Shown: piece after piece, positions 1 to 12,019 of the stretch
How positions within the stretch are numbered: position 1 is the first letter of the stretch
Layout of the letters: the number at the start of each line of letters is the position of its first letter
From: Akkermansia muciniphila
GTDB taxonomy: Bacteria > Verrucomicrobiota > Verrucomicrobiia > Verrucomicrobiales > Akkermansiaceae
Direction: 5' to 3'
Length of the DNA: 64,000 bases
Assembly (NCBI GenBank): GCA_947624785.1
Contig: CANQLV010000012.1
Span: 992 to 64,991, forward strand
Position numbers and translations under genes: made by a program
Notes under the pieces: model-generated
What the model was told of the DNA's origin: nothing
What the model saw: only the letters and a program-made list of their open reading frames with translations
Databases searched by the model: none

Positions 1-1
1 T

Positions 2-910
2 GGGGAAGTCCAGCAGGCCGGATACGATGACCGCCCGAGTTCCCGCCTTGCTGCTTTTTGCGGCCAGCATCCGCTGCACCATGTCCTGGTCCGTGCCGTG
101 CGTAGCCATGGTGATGAAGGTCGCTCCCAGGAATGCGGCCCATACCGTGTATTCCTGGCCCAGGACATGGGCGCATTGCTGGAGGAAGTCCAGGCCTTCC
201 TTGGTGCCCCAGGAGAAGAATTTCCAGTCGTCCCCTCCGTTCATGGCGGCGGAGACGGAGTTCCACCCTCCGGGAATGTGGGAGAAGAGAACCCACAGGG
301 CGGAGAGCATGGAGACGCCCAGCACGACGGCCTGGAGGACATCCGTCCAGACGACGGCTTTCAAGCCGCCGATGGCCGTGTAAATGGTGGTGGCGATGGA
401 GATGACGACCAGCGCGGCAATGTAAAGCAGGACAATTTGGTTGGCGTCCGCCGTGGTGTCCGTCATGAATTGGTAGGCAATGACCAGCAGAATGCCTGCA
501 AAGTAGAGTCTGGTGCCGCTGGCGAGCACCCGGCTGACCAGGAAGACCATGGAGGCCGTGCGGCGCGTCAGGAGCCCGAATCTTTTTTCCAGGTATTCAT
601 AGATGGAGACTACCTTGTAGTCGTAGTAGGGCCTGAGGAAGAGCTTGCCGACGATGATGCGGCCCAGGATGGTACCGATGCAGAGCTGGGCGTACGTGAA
701 GTTGCGGGTATGGTAGCCTTCCCCCGGAGCCCCCAGAAAGGTGGCCGCGCTGATTTCCGCCGCCAGGATGGAGGCCAGAATGGCCCACCAGGGCAGGGAA
801 CGGTTGCCTAGGGCATAGTCCGTCAGGGAGTTCTGCCTGCGTCCCGCATAGATGCCAATGCAGAAGATGGCCAGAAAGTAGACGACGATGACAAGGAGGT
901 CCATGAACAT
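2..910 (-). CDS. Sodium:solute symporter (SSS/SLC5) family protein, 5' part only (runs off the window edge)
   Basis: Manual minus-strand translation from ATG 910 (alternative 904): MFMDLLVIVVYFLAIFCIGIYAGRRQNSLTDYALGNRSLPWWAILASILAAEISAATFLGAPGEGY...GGLKAVVWTDVLQ...GTDQDMVQRMLAAK, typical SSS motifs. Absent from the ORF track because no stop falls inside the window. Confidence 0.9.
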   Translation of the reverse strand, partial: MFMDLLVIVVYFLAIFCIGIYAGRRQNSLTDYALGNRSLPWWAILASILAAEISAATFLGAPGEGYHTRNFTYAQLCIGTILGRIIVGKLFLRPYYDYKVVSIYEYLEKRFGLLTRRTASMVFLVSRVLASGTRLYFAGILLVIAYQFMTDTTADANQIVLLYIAALVVISIATTIYTAIGGLKAVVWTDVLQAVVLGVSMLSALWVLFSHIPGGWNSVSAAMNGGDDWKFFSWGTKEGLDFLQQCAHVLGQEYTVWAAFLGATFITMATHGTDQDMVQRMLAAKSSKAGTRAVIVSGLLDFP

Positions 911-975
911 GCCTGGAAAGAGAAGGCCTTTTCCGGAACGGGATTTCCGGAAAAGGCCCCGGGCTTGGTGAAGGG

Positions 976-3344
<2,369 letters not shown>

Positions 3345-3441
3345 GAGAAGAGGAAACGCATCGAAAGGTAGCAACTCCCCTTGAATTAGTCCAGCCTCAA
3401 GCATCAGGTCCGCCCGTTTTTCCGGAGTAGGGGCGGAACGG

Positions 3442-4989
3442 TCAGGCGGAAATGGCGGGCACGGCGCCAGACTGCGTTTTTTCCTCCGTTTTCCGGATAA
3501 TGAGCGGCATGTATTCCCTGCGGACGTGGAGGGATACATACAGTCCTTCCTTTTTGGCGCAGGAGAAGAGTACCTTGATGATAGCCAGGGAGATGATGTC
3601 CAGGGAGATGGTGGTACTGTCCCCGAAGATGAGCAGGAAGGTGAGCGGCTTGATGAAGTAGATGGCAGAAACGTACAGAATGCCCAGCTTGTATTTGTGG
3701 TTGCGGTAGATTCTGCTGACGATCCATGCATAGGTCATGCCGATGACGGACAGGATGAGGTACAGGGAAAGCCCCACGTAGCCGAGCGTTTGAATGGTGG
3801 AGATGGGGCCGCTGTGCCACAAGCCGTTCCAGGCAAAGGAGGTCTGGTCCTGGCTGAGGTTGTAGGCCTCTTCATAGAGGTTGGCTTTCACGATGCTGAT
3901 ATCCCGCGAAAAGCCGTCTCCAAATACTCTGTCCTGAATGAAGTGTTCCCGGTCGTCCAGGGCCCATTCCCACATTTCAAAGCGCCAGTTCATGGATGCT
4001 TCCGCGTTTACTCTGGCTTGCATGCTGACATCCAGGAAAGGGAGGGCTGAAAGCGTGCGCTGGATACCGTAAGGAAAGGAATGGAGCATTCCTGCGGAGG
4101 AGAGGAGCAGAAGCAAAAGCATTCCGAAGATGGGAACCAGGATGCAGAAGAACCATCTTTTGTAGATCAGGGATATTGTGAAAAACAGGAGCAGAAGCTG
4201 GGCAATAAAGGAGCGGTATCCGCTAAACAGGACCCCGATGGTTCCAAGGAGAAGAAGGACGCCCCACCAGGGACGTTTGATCATCTGCCACACGGAGTAG
4301 TTGATGATGAGTAGTTGAACCGCCAATAGGGAAATTTGGAGAAAGGTTGATTGCCGCGTGTCTTCGGAGGCGGCGCTTGCCGAGGCTGCGGCCGCCGCCG
4401 GGTTCGCCCCGGCAGAATTCGGTGAAAGGATGCCCTTGGCGGTTGAGATCAGCGTGAAGATAATAGCCAGAAAAACGGCCCATTGAAGCACCTTTCCCAG
4501 TTCGTTGCTGGTGGTTTTCAGTGAGGAGAGGCACAGGTAGGCAAGGAGCGCCTGGAGGAAGAGGACGTATCCCTTGCCTCCGTAGTAGTCTTCCAGCACA
4601 TTCAACCCTAGGCCAAAGGGATGAATCAGGAAGACGTAGCCCACATGAATGAACAGTACTAGCACGACGATGTCCAGCAGGGGGGCGGAATTCCATGTCA
4701 GAGTGGAACGCTTGAGCATCGCATTCCACAAGTAGAAGGGAATGGTAATGACGTAGGCAAAGAGGGGGGCGTAGTCCGTCAGTTCCGATATGGGCAGGAA
4801 GAGCAGGGGCAGCCATATCCACAGGTACCATACTTTTTCCTTCATCAGGAAGAGGGCGGCCAGAACGAAGGGGGAAACTGCCAGGGCGATGGAGAAGGGG
4901 TCGCCATCCGCCGACATGACGCCGCCTATGATGGCTAGGAGAATGGCAACTACTGAAATCAGTACAATTTTAAATAAATTACCATTCAT
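3442..4989 (-). CDS. Polytopic membrane protein, O-antigen ligase/polymerase (Wzy_C/WaaL-like) family
   Basis: 515 aa with many TM segments; SGYRS, RFEMWEWAL...FGDGF and H(S)GPISTIQTLGYVGL resemble the WaaL/Wzy_C periplasmic-loop motifs (R..W, G.G, H N/S). Confidence 0.7.
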   Translation of the reverse strand: MNGNLFKIVLISVVAILLAIIGGVMSADGDPFSIALAVSPFVLAALFLMKEKVWYLWIWLPLLFLPISELTDYAPLFAYVITIPFYLWNAMLKRSTLTWNSAPLLDIVVLVLFIHVGYVFLIHPFGLGLNVLEDYYGGKGYVLFLQALLAYLCLSSLKTTSNELGKVLQWAVFLAIIFTLISTAKGILSPNSAGANPAAAAASASAASEDTRQSTFLQISLLAVQLLIINYSVWQMIKRPWWGVLLLLGTIGVLFSGYRSFIAQLLLLFFTISLIYKRWFFCILVPIFGMLLLLLLSSAGMLHSFPYGIQRTLSALPFLDVSMQARVNAEASMNWRFEMWEWALDDREHFIQDRVFGDGFSRDISIVKANLYEEAYNLSQDQTSFAWNGLWHSGPISTIQTLGYVGLSLYLILSVIGMTYAWIVSRIYRNHKYKLGILYVSAIYFIKPLTFLLIFGDSTTISLDIISLAIIKVLFSCAKKEGLYVSLHVRREYMPLIIRKTEEKTQSGAVPAISA

Positions 4990-5041
4990 AGAGCTACCCG
5001 TGATTCCCGCATGAAAGACAATGGCGGGAAAGAGAGATGGA

Positions 5042-5117
5042 TGGTGGAGTATAGGGGATTCGAACCCCTGACCTTCTCATTGCGAACGAGACGCTCTACC
5101 AACTGAGCTAATACCCC
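5042..5117 (-). tRNA. tRNA-Ala(CGC)
   Basis: Reverse complement GGGGTAT-TA-GCTC-AGTTGGTA-GAGC-G-TCTCG-TTCGCAA-TGAGA-AGGTC-AGGGG-TTCGAAT-CCCCT-ATACTCC-ACCA folds as a cloverleaf with anticodon CGC, G3:U70 and an encoded CCA. Confidence 0.97.
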
Positions 5118-5364
5118 GTGGGAAATACCGGAGGGAATCTATTCCATCCGCCGCCTGAAAGCAAGAGGAATTCGTCAGGCAACGCAAATAAGATGGAAGA
5201 TTTTGTGGTCCTTTTTTGCACGCTGCCGTTTTCTGTCCGGCGGAAGTTTGCCGCAGGAAGCGGTTATTCCGGGAGATGGACCATTTCCGGAAAATGTGGG
5301 AGAGGAGAAACAATGCCGGAAGGAGGGACGGAATGCCTGCCGGCCGTAGAGAGAGGCCGCCGGT

Positions 5365-6420
5365 TCAAGGGCAGGTGGGTTTGATGTTCCGTACTTTGGA
5401 GAAGGCCCGTTTCAAACGGGAGGAGAGCCATTTTCCGCACGGTTGTTCAATGCCGTAGTGCATGACGGCTCCCACGGCAATCAACAGCAGTACGGCGCAT
5501 ATCCAGAAGAAGGCGGAGGGGAGGCCATACCGGTCCTGCGGCCAGATGTACTGCATGAATTACAGCAGGGGCACATGCAGCAGAAAGACGGCATAGGTCA
5601 GCAGGCTGGCCCGGTTGGTCAAATGGATGAGAGCCGCTGGAATTTTAACGGCCGGCGGATGGGGTGATTTTGCCAGTGAGCACGCGCTGGCGATGGTCAG
5701 CACGGCAATCAGCGTGTCCGGAAGGAGGAAGGCCAGGGAGGCTACCTCCCCGCCGGAGCCCCAAAAGGCGCCGATGAAGGTCTGATAGAGAAGGTAGAGC
5801 ATTCCTAAGGAGAAGATGGCCGGGCTTCCTTGGAAGAAGCGTTCATGTTTTTTATAGAGCCGGGCCGCGCAGCAGCCGGCGAGGAATTGCCATAAACGAT
5901 AGGGAGGGAAAAAATAAAGGCGCGTGCCGGGTTCCAGGAACGTGCAGGCGACAGCGGTTAAGAGGCCCAGAGCCAACAGCAGGGGAAGGTGTTTTCTTCC
6001 ATAGGCCACGAGGGGGAAGAGAAGGACGAAGAGGATTTCCAGCTTCATGTACCATAAGGCATAATTGTCTCCCGTGTGCAGGTGCATGAATTGATTGCCG
6101 CCGAAGGAAACCAGCAGGACGCCGAGCAGGTTGTCCAGCTGGAATTGCTCCTTGTAGGAGACCAGGCTGGACAGGAGGATGGCCGTGAACAGCAGCGGCC
6201 ACAGCCGCGCAAATTTGGAGATGTAGAAGGAGGGTGCGCTGAACGAATCTTCTTTCAGGGTGAACGTCATCAGGAATCCGGAAAGGACGATGAACCAGTC
6301 CACGCCCACAGATCCCGCAACGGGCGACCAGCGCGCCCAGTGGAAGGCGCAGATCATCAGGCAGAGGATGATCCGGATTAATGAGATGCCTGGAATGAAG
6401 GATGAGGAAGGGGCGTTCAT
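5365..6420 (-). pseudogene. Acyltransferase family 3 (OafA-like) membrane O-acyltransferase interrupted by an in-frame TAA at 5560-5562
   Basis: AT3 motifs R..LCLMICAFH, GVDWFIVLSGF, RLWPLL, LWYMKLEILF, YRLWQFLAG and LTYAVFLLHVPLL*. The same frame then continues FMQYIW...MHYGIEQP, the usual AT3 C-terminal E-x-P motif, to the stop at 5365. Confidence 0.8.
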
Positions 6421-6433
6421 CAGAACTGGGGCA

Positions 6434-7507
6434 TCAGCGGTCCTGCTTGTTTTTAATGCGGTTCCTGAGGTGGCCTTCTTCAAAAAGGCCGTCCATGTAC
6501 AGCCCCACGGCCTGCGCTTTTCTGAGGCTTTGGGCCGCATTTCTCAGGGCCGGAAGTGCTTGTTCATAGGAGGGGGCGCTTCCCTTTTTGACGGGGGATG
6601 CTTCTACAAGGTGCCATCCCCACCGGCTTTTAAGAAGCACCGGCTTGTTGTCGGGAACGTTTGCCAGATCCAGGCCCAGGGTTTCCCGCGCGCGGACGGG
6701 GCTGATCCAGCCAAGTTCCCCGCCTGCGGGCGCGGAACGCTCGTCTTCACTGAATTCCCTGGCGAGCCGGGAGAAGGTTTCCCCATCTTGCAGTCGCGCC
6801 AGCAGCGTTTCCGCCGCCTGTTTGACCTGGGTTTCATCCTTGTGCAGGGTAGCCAGGAAGATGTGCCTGGTTTTCCGCAGATCAGGGGGGGTAAGCTGGT
6901 CCCGGATCAAATCGTAGTAGGTTTTCAGGTCTTCGTCGGATGGGTCCGCCGCCTGGGCGGTCGCCCGGTAGAGTTGTTCCGTCTGCTTGAGCCGCGCCGC
7001 TATTTTTTCCTGGAACTGCTCCTGCGTGAATTTCTGGTCATGCAGGGTTTTCAGGTATTGTTCCGTGTTTCCGTCAAAGCGGGAACGGATTTGTTCCGCG
7101 GCGCGCGCCGCTTCCGCATTGCGGTTGGGTAGCTGAAGGTCGTTGACGCTGGTTTTCAGGCGCAGGAGGGAGGAGCCGATCAGGTCGTACCTGGCCCGCG
7201 GAGCCAGGTCTCCGGCTACGTCCAATTCATGGGTGAGCCTGATGCCTCCGTTCAAGTCCAGAACGGGAGGCCGGCGCAGGAGCTGGAGTTCCGCAATCCT
7301 CCGTGAGAGCTGGTTGGCAGTGACGGGTTCTCCGTAAACTTCCGCAATCCGGGCGGAGTTGTCTCCGGGCGGTCCCGGCATCGGTTTCAGGTAGGCGTCC
7401 ATCCTGCCGGCCAGAAAGCCGTGCCAGAGAAACAGATCCCCCACCAGATAGAGCAGGAATGCTCCATAGATCACGAGCTTGAACGTGAATTTTCCAGTGG
7501 GGGACAT
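6434..7507 (-). CDS. Parvulin/PpiC-type peptidyl-prolyl isomerase (SurA/PrsA-like)
   Basis: N-terminal TM; RHIFLAT...FSRLAREFSEDERSAPAGGELGW...SRWGWHLV rotamase motifs. Confidence 0.9.
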   Translation of the reverse strand: MSPTGKFTFKLVIYGAFLLYLVGDLFLWHGFLAGRMDAYLKPMPGPPGDNSARIAEVYGEPVTANQLSRRIAELQLLRRPPVLDLNGGIRLTHELDVAGDLAPRARYDLIGSSLLRLKTSVNDLQLPNRNAEAARAAEQIRSRFDGNTEQYLKTLHDQKFTQEQFQEKIAARLKQTEQLYRATAQAADPSDEDLKTYYDLIRDQLTPPDLRKTRHIFLATLHKDETQVKQAAETLLARLQDGETFSRLAREFSEDERSAPAGGELGWISPVRARETLGLDLANVPDNKPVLLKSRWGWHLVEASPVKKGSAPSYEQALPALRNAAQSLRKAQAVGLYMDGLFEEGHLRNRIKNKQDR

Positions 7508-7534
7508 GGGAGGGACAGGGAAGGGGCAAAGGGC

Positions 7535-8629
7535 CTAGTTTCCGCCGCCGGAGTCTGCCAGACGGACTGATTCCGGGGGAAGGAAGTTGCGGAACCTCTT
7601 CTTTTCAATGCATTTCATGTAGGCTTCCTCCGGAGAGACGATGCCCTGCTGGAGTTTTTGCCAGATGGCGTCATCCATGAATTGCATGCCCATGGCCTTT
7701 CCGCCGACGATGACGTCGGGGATTTTCTGTGTGGCGCCTTCACGGATGATGGCCGCCACGGCGGGCGTGGCAAAGAGGATTTCATTGACGGCTACGCGTC
7801 CCGGCTTGTCGCTGCGCTTCATCAGGAGCTGCGCCACGACGCCGCGGAGGGAGCCCGCAAGCATGGTGCGCACCTGGGACTGCTGGTCGGACGGGAATAC
7901 GTCAATGATACGGTCAATGGTTTTGCTGGCGTTGTTCGTGTGCAGGGTGCCGAATACCAGGAGGCCGGTTTCCGCCGCCGTGAGCGCCAGGGAGATGGTT
8001 TCCAGGTCGCGCATTTCACCCACCAGCACGATGTCGGAGTCTTCGCGGAGGGAAGCCCGCAGGCCGTCTGCGAAGGAGGGGGTCTGGAGAGGCACTTCCC
8101 TCTGGGTGACGATGGATTTTTTGTTGGGGTGAACGAATTCGATAGGTTCCTCCACCGTGATGATGTGCCGCGCCTGGTTGCTGTTGATGTAGTCAATGAT
8201 GGCGGCCAGGGTGGTGGATTTACCGGAGCCCGTGGGGCCCGTGACCAGCACCAGCCCTGATCTCATGTGGGCGAATTCCTTGACGACCGTGGGCACGCCC
8301 AGTTCTTCCAGCGTGGCTATTTTGGTGGGAATAAGACGGAAAACAGCCCCCAGGCCGTGCTGCTGCCTGAAGTAATTGCAGCGGAAACGGGAGGTTTCAT
8401 CCATTTCATAGGCAAAGTCCAGGTCTCCTTCCTCCAGGTATTTTTGGAAGGCCTGGGGGTCGCATATTTCCGCGAGAAGGTTTTTGAAAGACTGGCCTTC
8501 CAGGTTTTCGTCGGAGATGGCGGAGATGGTCCCGTTGACGCGTATTTTCGGAGGCTGGCCTTCGCTGAGGTGAAGGTCGGAGCCGCCCGCTTCTACGAGG
8601 TATTTGAAGTATTGGTCGATAACAGCCAT
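7535..8629 (-). CDS. pilT: Type IV pilus retraction ATPase, PilT/PilU family (copy 1)
   Basis: SDLHL, Walker A GPTGSGKST, TVEEPIE, LREDSDIVLVGEMRD, AETG..V.GTLHT. Confidence 0.93.
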   Translation of the reverse strand: MAVIDQYFKYLVEAGGSDLHLSEGQPPKIRVNGTISAISDENLEGQSFKNLLAEICDPQAFQKYLEEGDLDFAYEMDETSRFRCNYFRQQHGLGAVFRLIPTKIATLEELGVPTVVKEFAHMRSGLVLVTGPTGSGKSTTLAAIIDYINSNQARHIITVEEPIEFVHPNKKSIVTQREVPLQTPSFADGLRASLREDSDIVLVGEMRDLETISLALTAAETGLLVFGTLHTNNASKTIDRIIDVFPSDQQSQVRTMLAGSLRGVVAQLLMKRSDKPGRVAVNEILFATPAVAAIIREGATQKIPDVIVGGKAMGMQFMDDAIWQKLQQGIVSPEEAYMKCIEKKRFRNFLPPESVRLADSGGGN

Positions 8630-8654
8630 AACAGGAGTGTGTCAAAGTTAAAAG

Positions 8655-9737
8655 TTACTTGATTCCCAGGAAGGATTTCATGATGGTTTTGTCTTCCGCG
8701 CGGAAGATGCAGTCTTCCGTGGTGATGAGGCCTGCCTGGTGCAGGGCCCGGAGGGAGTCGTCCATCAGGATCATGCCCTGGGCCTTCCCGGTCTGGATGC
8801 AGCCGGGGATCATGAATGTCTTTCCTTCGCGGATGCAGTTGGCGATGGCGGGCGTATTGACCAGCATTTCAATGGCCAGGGCGCGGCCGTTGCCGTCCGC
8901 CCTGGGCACAAGCTGCTGGGAGATGATGCCGCGCAGGGATTCACTGACCATGATGCGGATCTGGTCACGCTGCTCCACCGGGAAGACGTCCAGCACGCGG
9001 TCCACCGTGCGGGCCGCGGATCCCGTGTGCAGGGTGCCGAGCACCAGGTGGCCCGTTTCCGCCGCCGTGAGCGCCAGGGAGATGGTTTCCAGGTCGCGCA
9101 TTTCACCTACCATGATGACGTCCGGGTCTTCACGGAGGGCCCCGCGGAGGGCGCGAGCGAAGGATTCCGTGTGCTTGTGCACTTCACGCTGGTTGACGTG
9201 GCAGTTTTTGGAGGGAATCAGGTATTCGATGGGGTCTTCAAGCGTGATGATGTGGTCGTGGCGGTCCTGGTTGATGAAGTCCACGATGGAGGCCAGCGTG
9301 GTGGATTTACCGGAACCCACGGAGCCCGTCACCAGAATGAGTCCGTTGGTGTAGCGGGTAAGGGGCACCACGTATTCCGTCGGCAGGCCGATTTCCTCCA
9401 TGGTGCGCACCCGCGTGTTGATGATACGGAAGCAGATGTCATAGCCCAGGCGCTGCTTGACCACGGAAGCGCGGTAGCGGCCGAAGTCGTTGGCATAGGC
9501 GAAGTCCACGTCCCCCTTCAATTGAAGGCGGTTCCATTCCGGGTCTTCCAGAAAGCCCCTCGCCAGAACTTCCGTGTCCTGGGGCGTGAGATTGGGCGCT
9601 TCCTCCCAGATGGGGAGAAGCTGGCCGAACCGGCGCCAGGTGGGGCGGCTGTTGACGGCAAGGTGGATATCGGAACAGTCAAAGTCCTGTCCAAGCTTAA
9701 GATATCCGTCGACGTGGGGCAAAATGTATTCGCTCAT
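8655..9737 (-). CDS. pilT: Type IV pilus retraction ATPase, PilT/PilU family (copy 2)
   Basis: SDIHL, GSVGSGKST, TLEDPIE, LREDPDVIMVGEMRD, AETGHLVLGTLHT, AIANCIREGK. Confidence 0.93.
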   Translation of the reverse strand: MSEYILPHVDGYLKLGQDFDCSDIHLAVNSRPTWRRFGQLLPIWEEAPNLTPQDTEVLARGFLEDPEWNRLQLKGDVDFAYANDFGRYRASVVKQRLGYDICFRIINTRVRTMEEIGLPTEYVVPLTRYTNGLILVTGSVGSGKSTTLASIVDFINQDRHDHIITLEDPIEYLIPSKNCHVNQREVHKHTESFARALRGALREDPDVIMVGEMRDLETISLALTAAETGHLVLGTLHTGSAARTVDRVLDVFPVEQRDQIRIMVSESLRGIISQQLVPRADGNGRALAIEMLVNTPAIANCIREGKTFMIPGCIQTGKAQGMILMDDSLRALHQAGLITTEDCIFRAEDKTIMKSFLGIK

Positions 9738-10700
9738 GTTGTGAATGCAGCAAACTGATAAAGCTGCATACTAACGAAAACGGGGCTTTTTTGACCAGCA
9801 AAAAATGTTTGGGAAATGATTTCTGTGCAAGCGGCCCTGCGCCGTCCCGCGGCGGGGGAGGGTTTTTGGAGAGAAGCCTTCATGGAGACTTGCAAAAGTT
9901 TGTTTCCGGGAGCGGGAAAGAACAGTCCGGTTTCCCTGCCGTTTCGGGAAACCGGCCCTGAGGGATCGTAGTTTTTCACGGACTTTCCCGGTGGAGATAT
10001 ACGTTTGGCATGGCGGAAGGAGCCGACAGCAATCCCGCTGCTGTTTTCATGGTTAAATGTGAACTGGCGGCATTGAGGACAAGTTTATTTATGGCGCGGT
10101 TGCATTTTTGCCTCCGGGGAAAAGTTAGGACAATGTTTTAAATGGCTTTCTTCATCAATTTTTCCTGTTTCTCCGAACGGAGACACGGACGGAACATTTC
10201 CAATTTCCCCGCCGCCGTGATGACTGGGAAGGGCATGTTTGCACCATGATGGCCGTCTTCCCATATTGGGGCCTCCCTTTCATGGCCAGGTGGCTTTTTT
10301 CCTGATTGTGCCCTGTTATTTTTGGCAGGAATTGTTCATGGCGGAAAGCGCCGGAAAGGGGAATGGAGCTGCCGATGCTTTTTATGGTCAGGAATGCCCT
10401 GGTTTTCCTGTTTTATTCCAATACCGCCGCATGGACCATGCCGAAATGCCTGTCCAGCGTTGGCGAGGTATTATGAACAAGGGAGCGCGGTTTTCTTTGG
10501 CGGCAGGCCGTTATTTTATGCGGTATCGCGGTCGTCTGCATAAAGAGACTGTCCTGCAGGGAGATGACGGTATTGCCGGGACGGCGCGCATCTGACGCCG
10601 CAGGGATATGAAGCCATTTCTCCCGCAACAGCGGAATTCCTGATCTCTTTTTTAAAGCAACGGCCTGAAAAGGGAGTGCCGCGTCAGCCGGAAAAGCCTG

Positions 10701-11081
10701 TTACTTGAACAGGTTGAAGAATTTCTTGCCGGCCAGGTCGAAGCCCATTTTTTTCAGGGACGGGAAGGCCAGGGTAATCAGGATTTCAATGATGAAACGG
10801 AAGATGGGGGAGTTGACCCAGCTCCCGGAAGCATGCGGACGCGGGAGCGCCGGATGGCTTTTCTTCCCCGTAAACATGCGGATGAGCAGAATGCCTCCCA
10901 CCGTGCCGACAATGGAGCCGATTACAGGCAGGGACATGGCCTTTTTTTTCAGCTTCCGGAAGTGTTCGGCCTGCTGCTGCGTCTTCTGAACCAGGGTATC
11001 CGTCTCATTGACGATATCCAGCCGGGAGGAAGCCACCCGCATCAGGAGTGCGAGCTTTTCTTGAGAGCCATTTGCAGACAT
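10701..11081 (-). CDS. Hypothetical membrane-associated protein (YqjK-like position in a yqjD/E/K-type triad)
   Basis: 126 aa, N-terminal coiled coil then hydrophobic segments; overlaps the upstream gene by 40 nt. The label is by context only. Confidence 0.6.
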   Translation of the reverse strand: MSANGSQEKLALLMRVASSRLDIVNETDTLVQKTQQQAEHFRKLKKKAMSLPVIGSIVGTVGGILLIRMFTGKKSHPALPRPHASGSWVNSPIFRFIIEILITLAFPSLKKMGFDLAGKKFFNLFK

Positions 11082-11488
11082 GATAAATCCGTTTTAAGTT
11101 CTTCCGCCGTCGCCGGGGCGATGGGCGTTACATGGGTTCGGCTGAAAAGGATGAGCGCCACGGCAGCCGCCAGCAGATGGATGCCGGTGGTTACGGCAAG
11201 TCCGGCAATGATTCCCCAGAAATGGGCCATGACCATGGTCAGGAAGCACCACAGGAACAGATAGCTGAAGACGGCCATGAAGGCGCCCGCCAGGAGCAGG
11301 GCCATTTTCCTGCCCAGCCTTTTGGACGCTTCCTCCAGTTCCAGCTTGAGCAGCGCGGCCAGGGCTTCCACATGGTCAAGCGCCGCCGCTCCGGTTTCCC
11401 GGAGGGACCGGACCATGGCCGCGCCTTCTTCCTTTTCCTCTACAATGGGGGTGACGAAGGTACGTTTGAGTTTGTCAATCAGTCCCAT
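11042..11488 (-). CDS. YqjE-like ('phage holin family 3.6') membrane protein
   Basis: L..LELEEA..RL..., two TM helices, APATAEELKTDL tail; lies directly downstream of a DUF883 gene. Confidence 0.75.
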   Translation of the reverse strand: MGLIDKLKRTFVTPIVEEKEEGAAMVRSLRETGAAALDHVEALAALLKLELEEASKRLGRKMALLLAGAFMAVFSYLFLWCFLTMVMAHFWGIIAGLAVTTGIHLLAAAVALILFSRTHVTPIAPATAEELKTDLSCLQMALKKSSHS

Positions 11489-11548
11489 GGCTCGGTTTGA
11501 AGGGGTGAGGGCGCCATGCGCTTGACGCGCATGGCGCGGAATGAAGGG

Positions 11549-11875
11549 TTAACGGCGGCGGATGAGCATGCCGATCAGAAGGCCCACGCCCATGGCGATC
11601 AGCACGGACTGGGTGGGTTTTTCCTTCACGTATTCTTCGCCCGCTTCATGGAACTTCTTGGCCTTGTCACGAATGACTTCTCCCTTTTCCTGGGCATAGT
11701 CACGGATGGTGCTGGCCTGTTCCGTAGCCGCCTTGCGGATTTGGTTTACTTTGGCCGCGGCGAAAGCCCTGGCCTGTTGAAATCTGGTTACGGCAAGCTC
11801 GCGGGCGGAAGGGCAGGAGCACGCGGTGTCGTTTGCTGCTGCGGTCGGTTCAAGTTCGGTTTGGTTGTCTTGCAT
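11549..11875 (-). CDS. DUF883 / ElaB-YqjD family tail-anchored protein
   Basis: Helical N-terminus and C-terminal YVKEKPTQSVLIAMGVGLLIGMLIRRR signature. Confidence 0.88.
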   Translation of the reverse strand: MQDNQTELEPTAAANDTACSCPSARELAVTRFQQARAFAAAKVNQIRKAATEQASTIRDYAQEKGEVIRDKAKKFHEAGEEYVKEKPTQSVLIAMGVGLLIGMLIRRR

Positions 11876-12019
11876 GGTTGATTAGAGTGTTAAGGGTTGG
11901 TTCCTGTTGAAAAACATGTCGGCTTACATGTTTTCGCCTCTCACATTGGGAATTATTTAGCACGCTTCCCACTATTGGCAAGTGTGTAAAGCGGCTTCAC
12001 CAGGAATTGTGCGCGTTCC

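Noticed and set aside
10239-10595. 118-aa plus-strand ORF in the pilT upstream spacer
   Set aside because: No motif, signal or RBS support; not called as a gene.
11042-11488. 'Phage holin family' protein as evidence of a prophage
   Set aside because: It sits in a DUF883-YqjE-YqjK-type chromosomal triad with no phage genes nearby.
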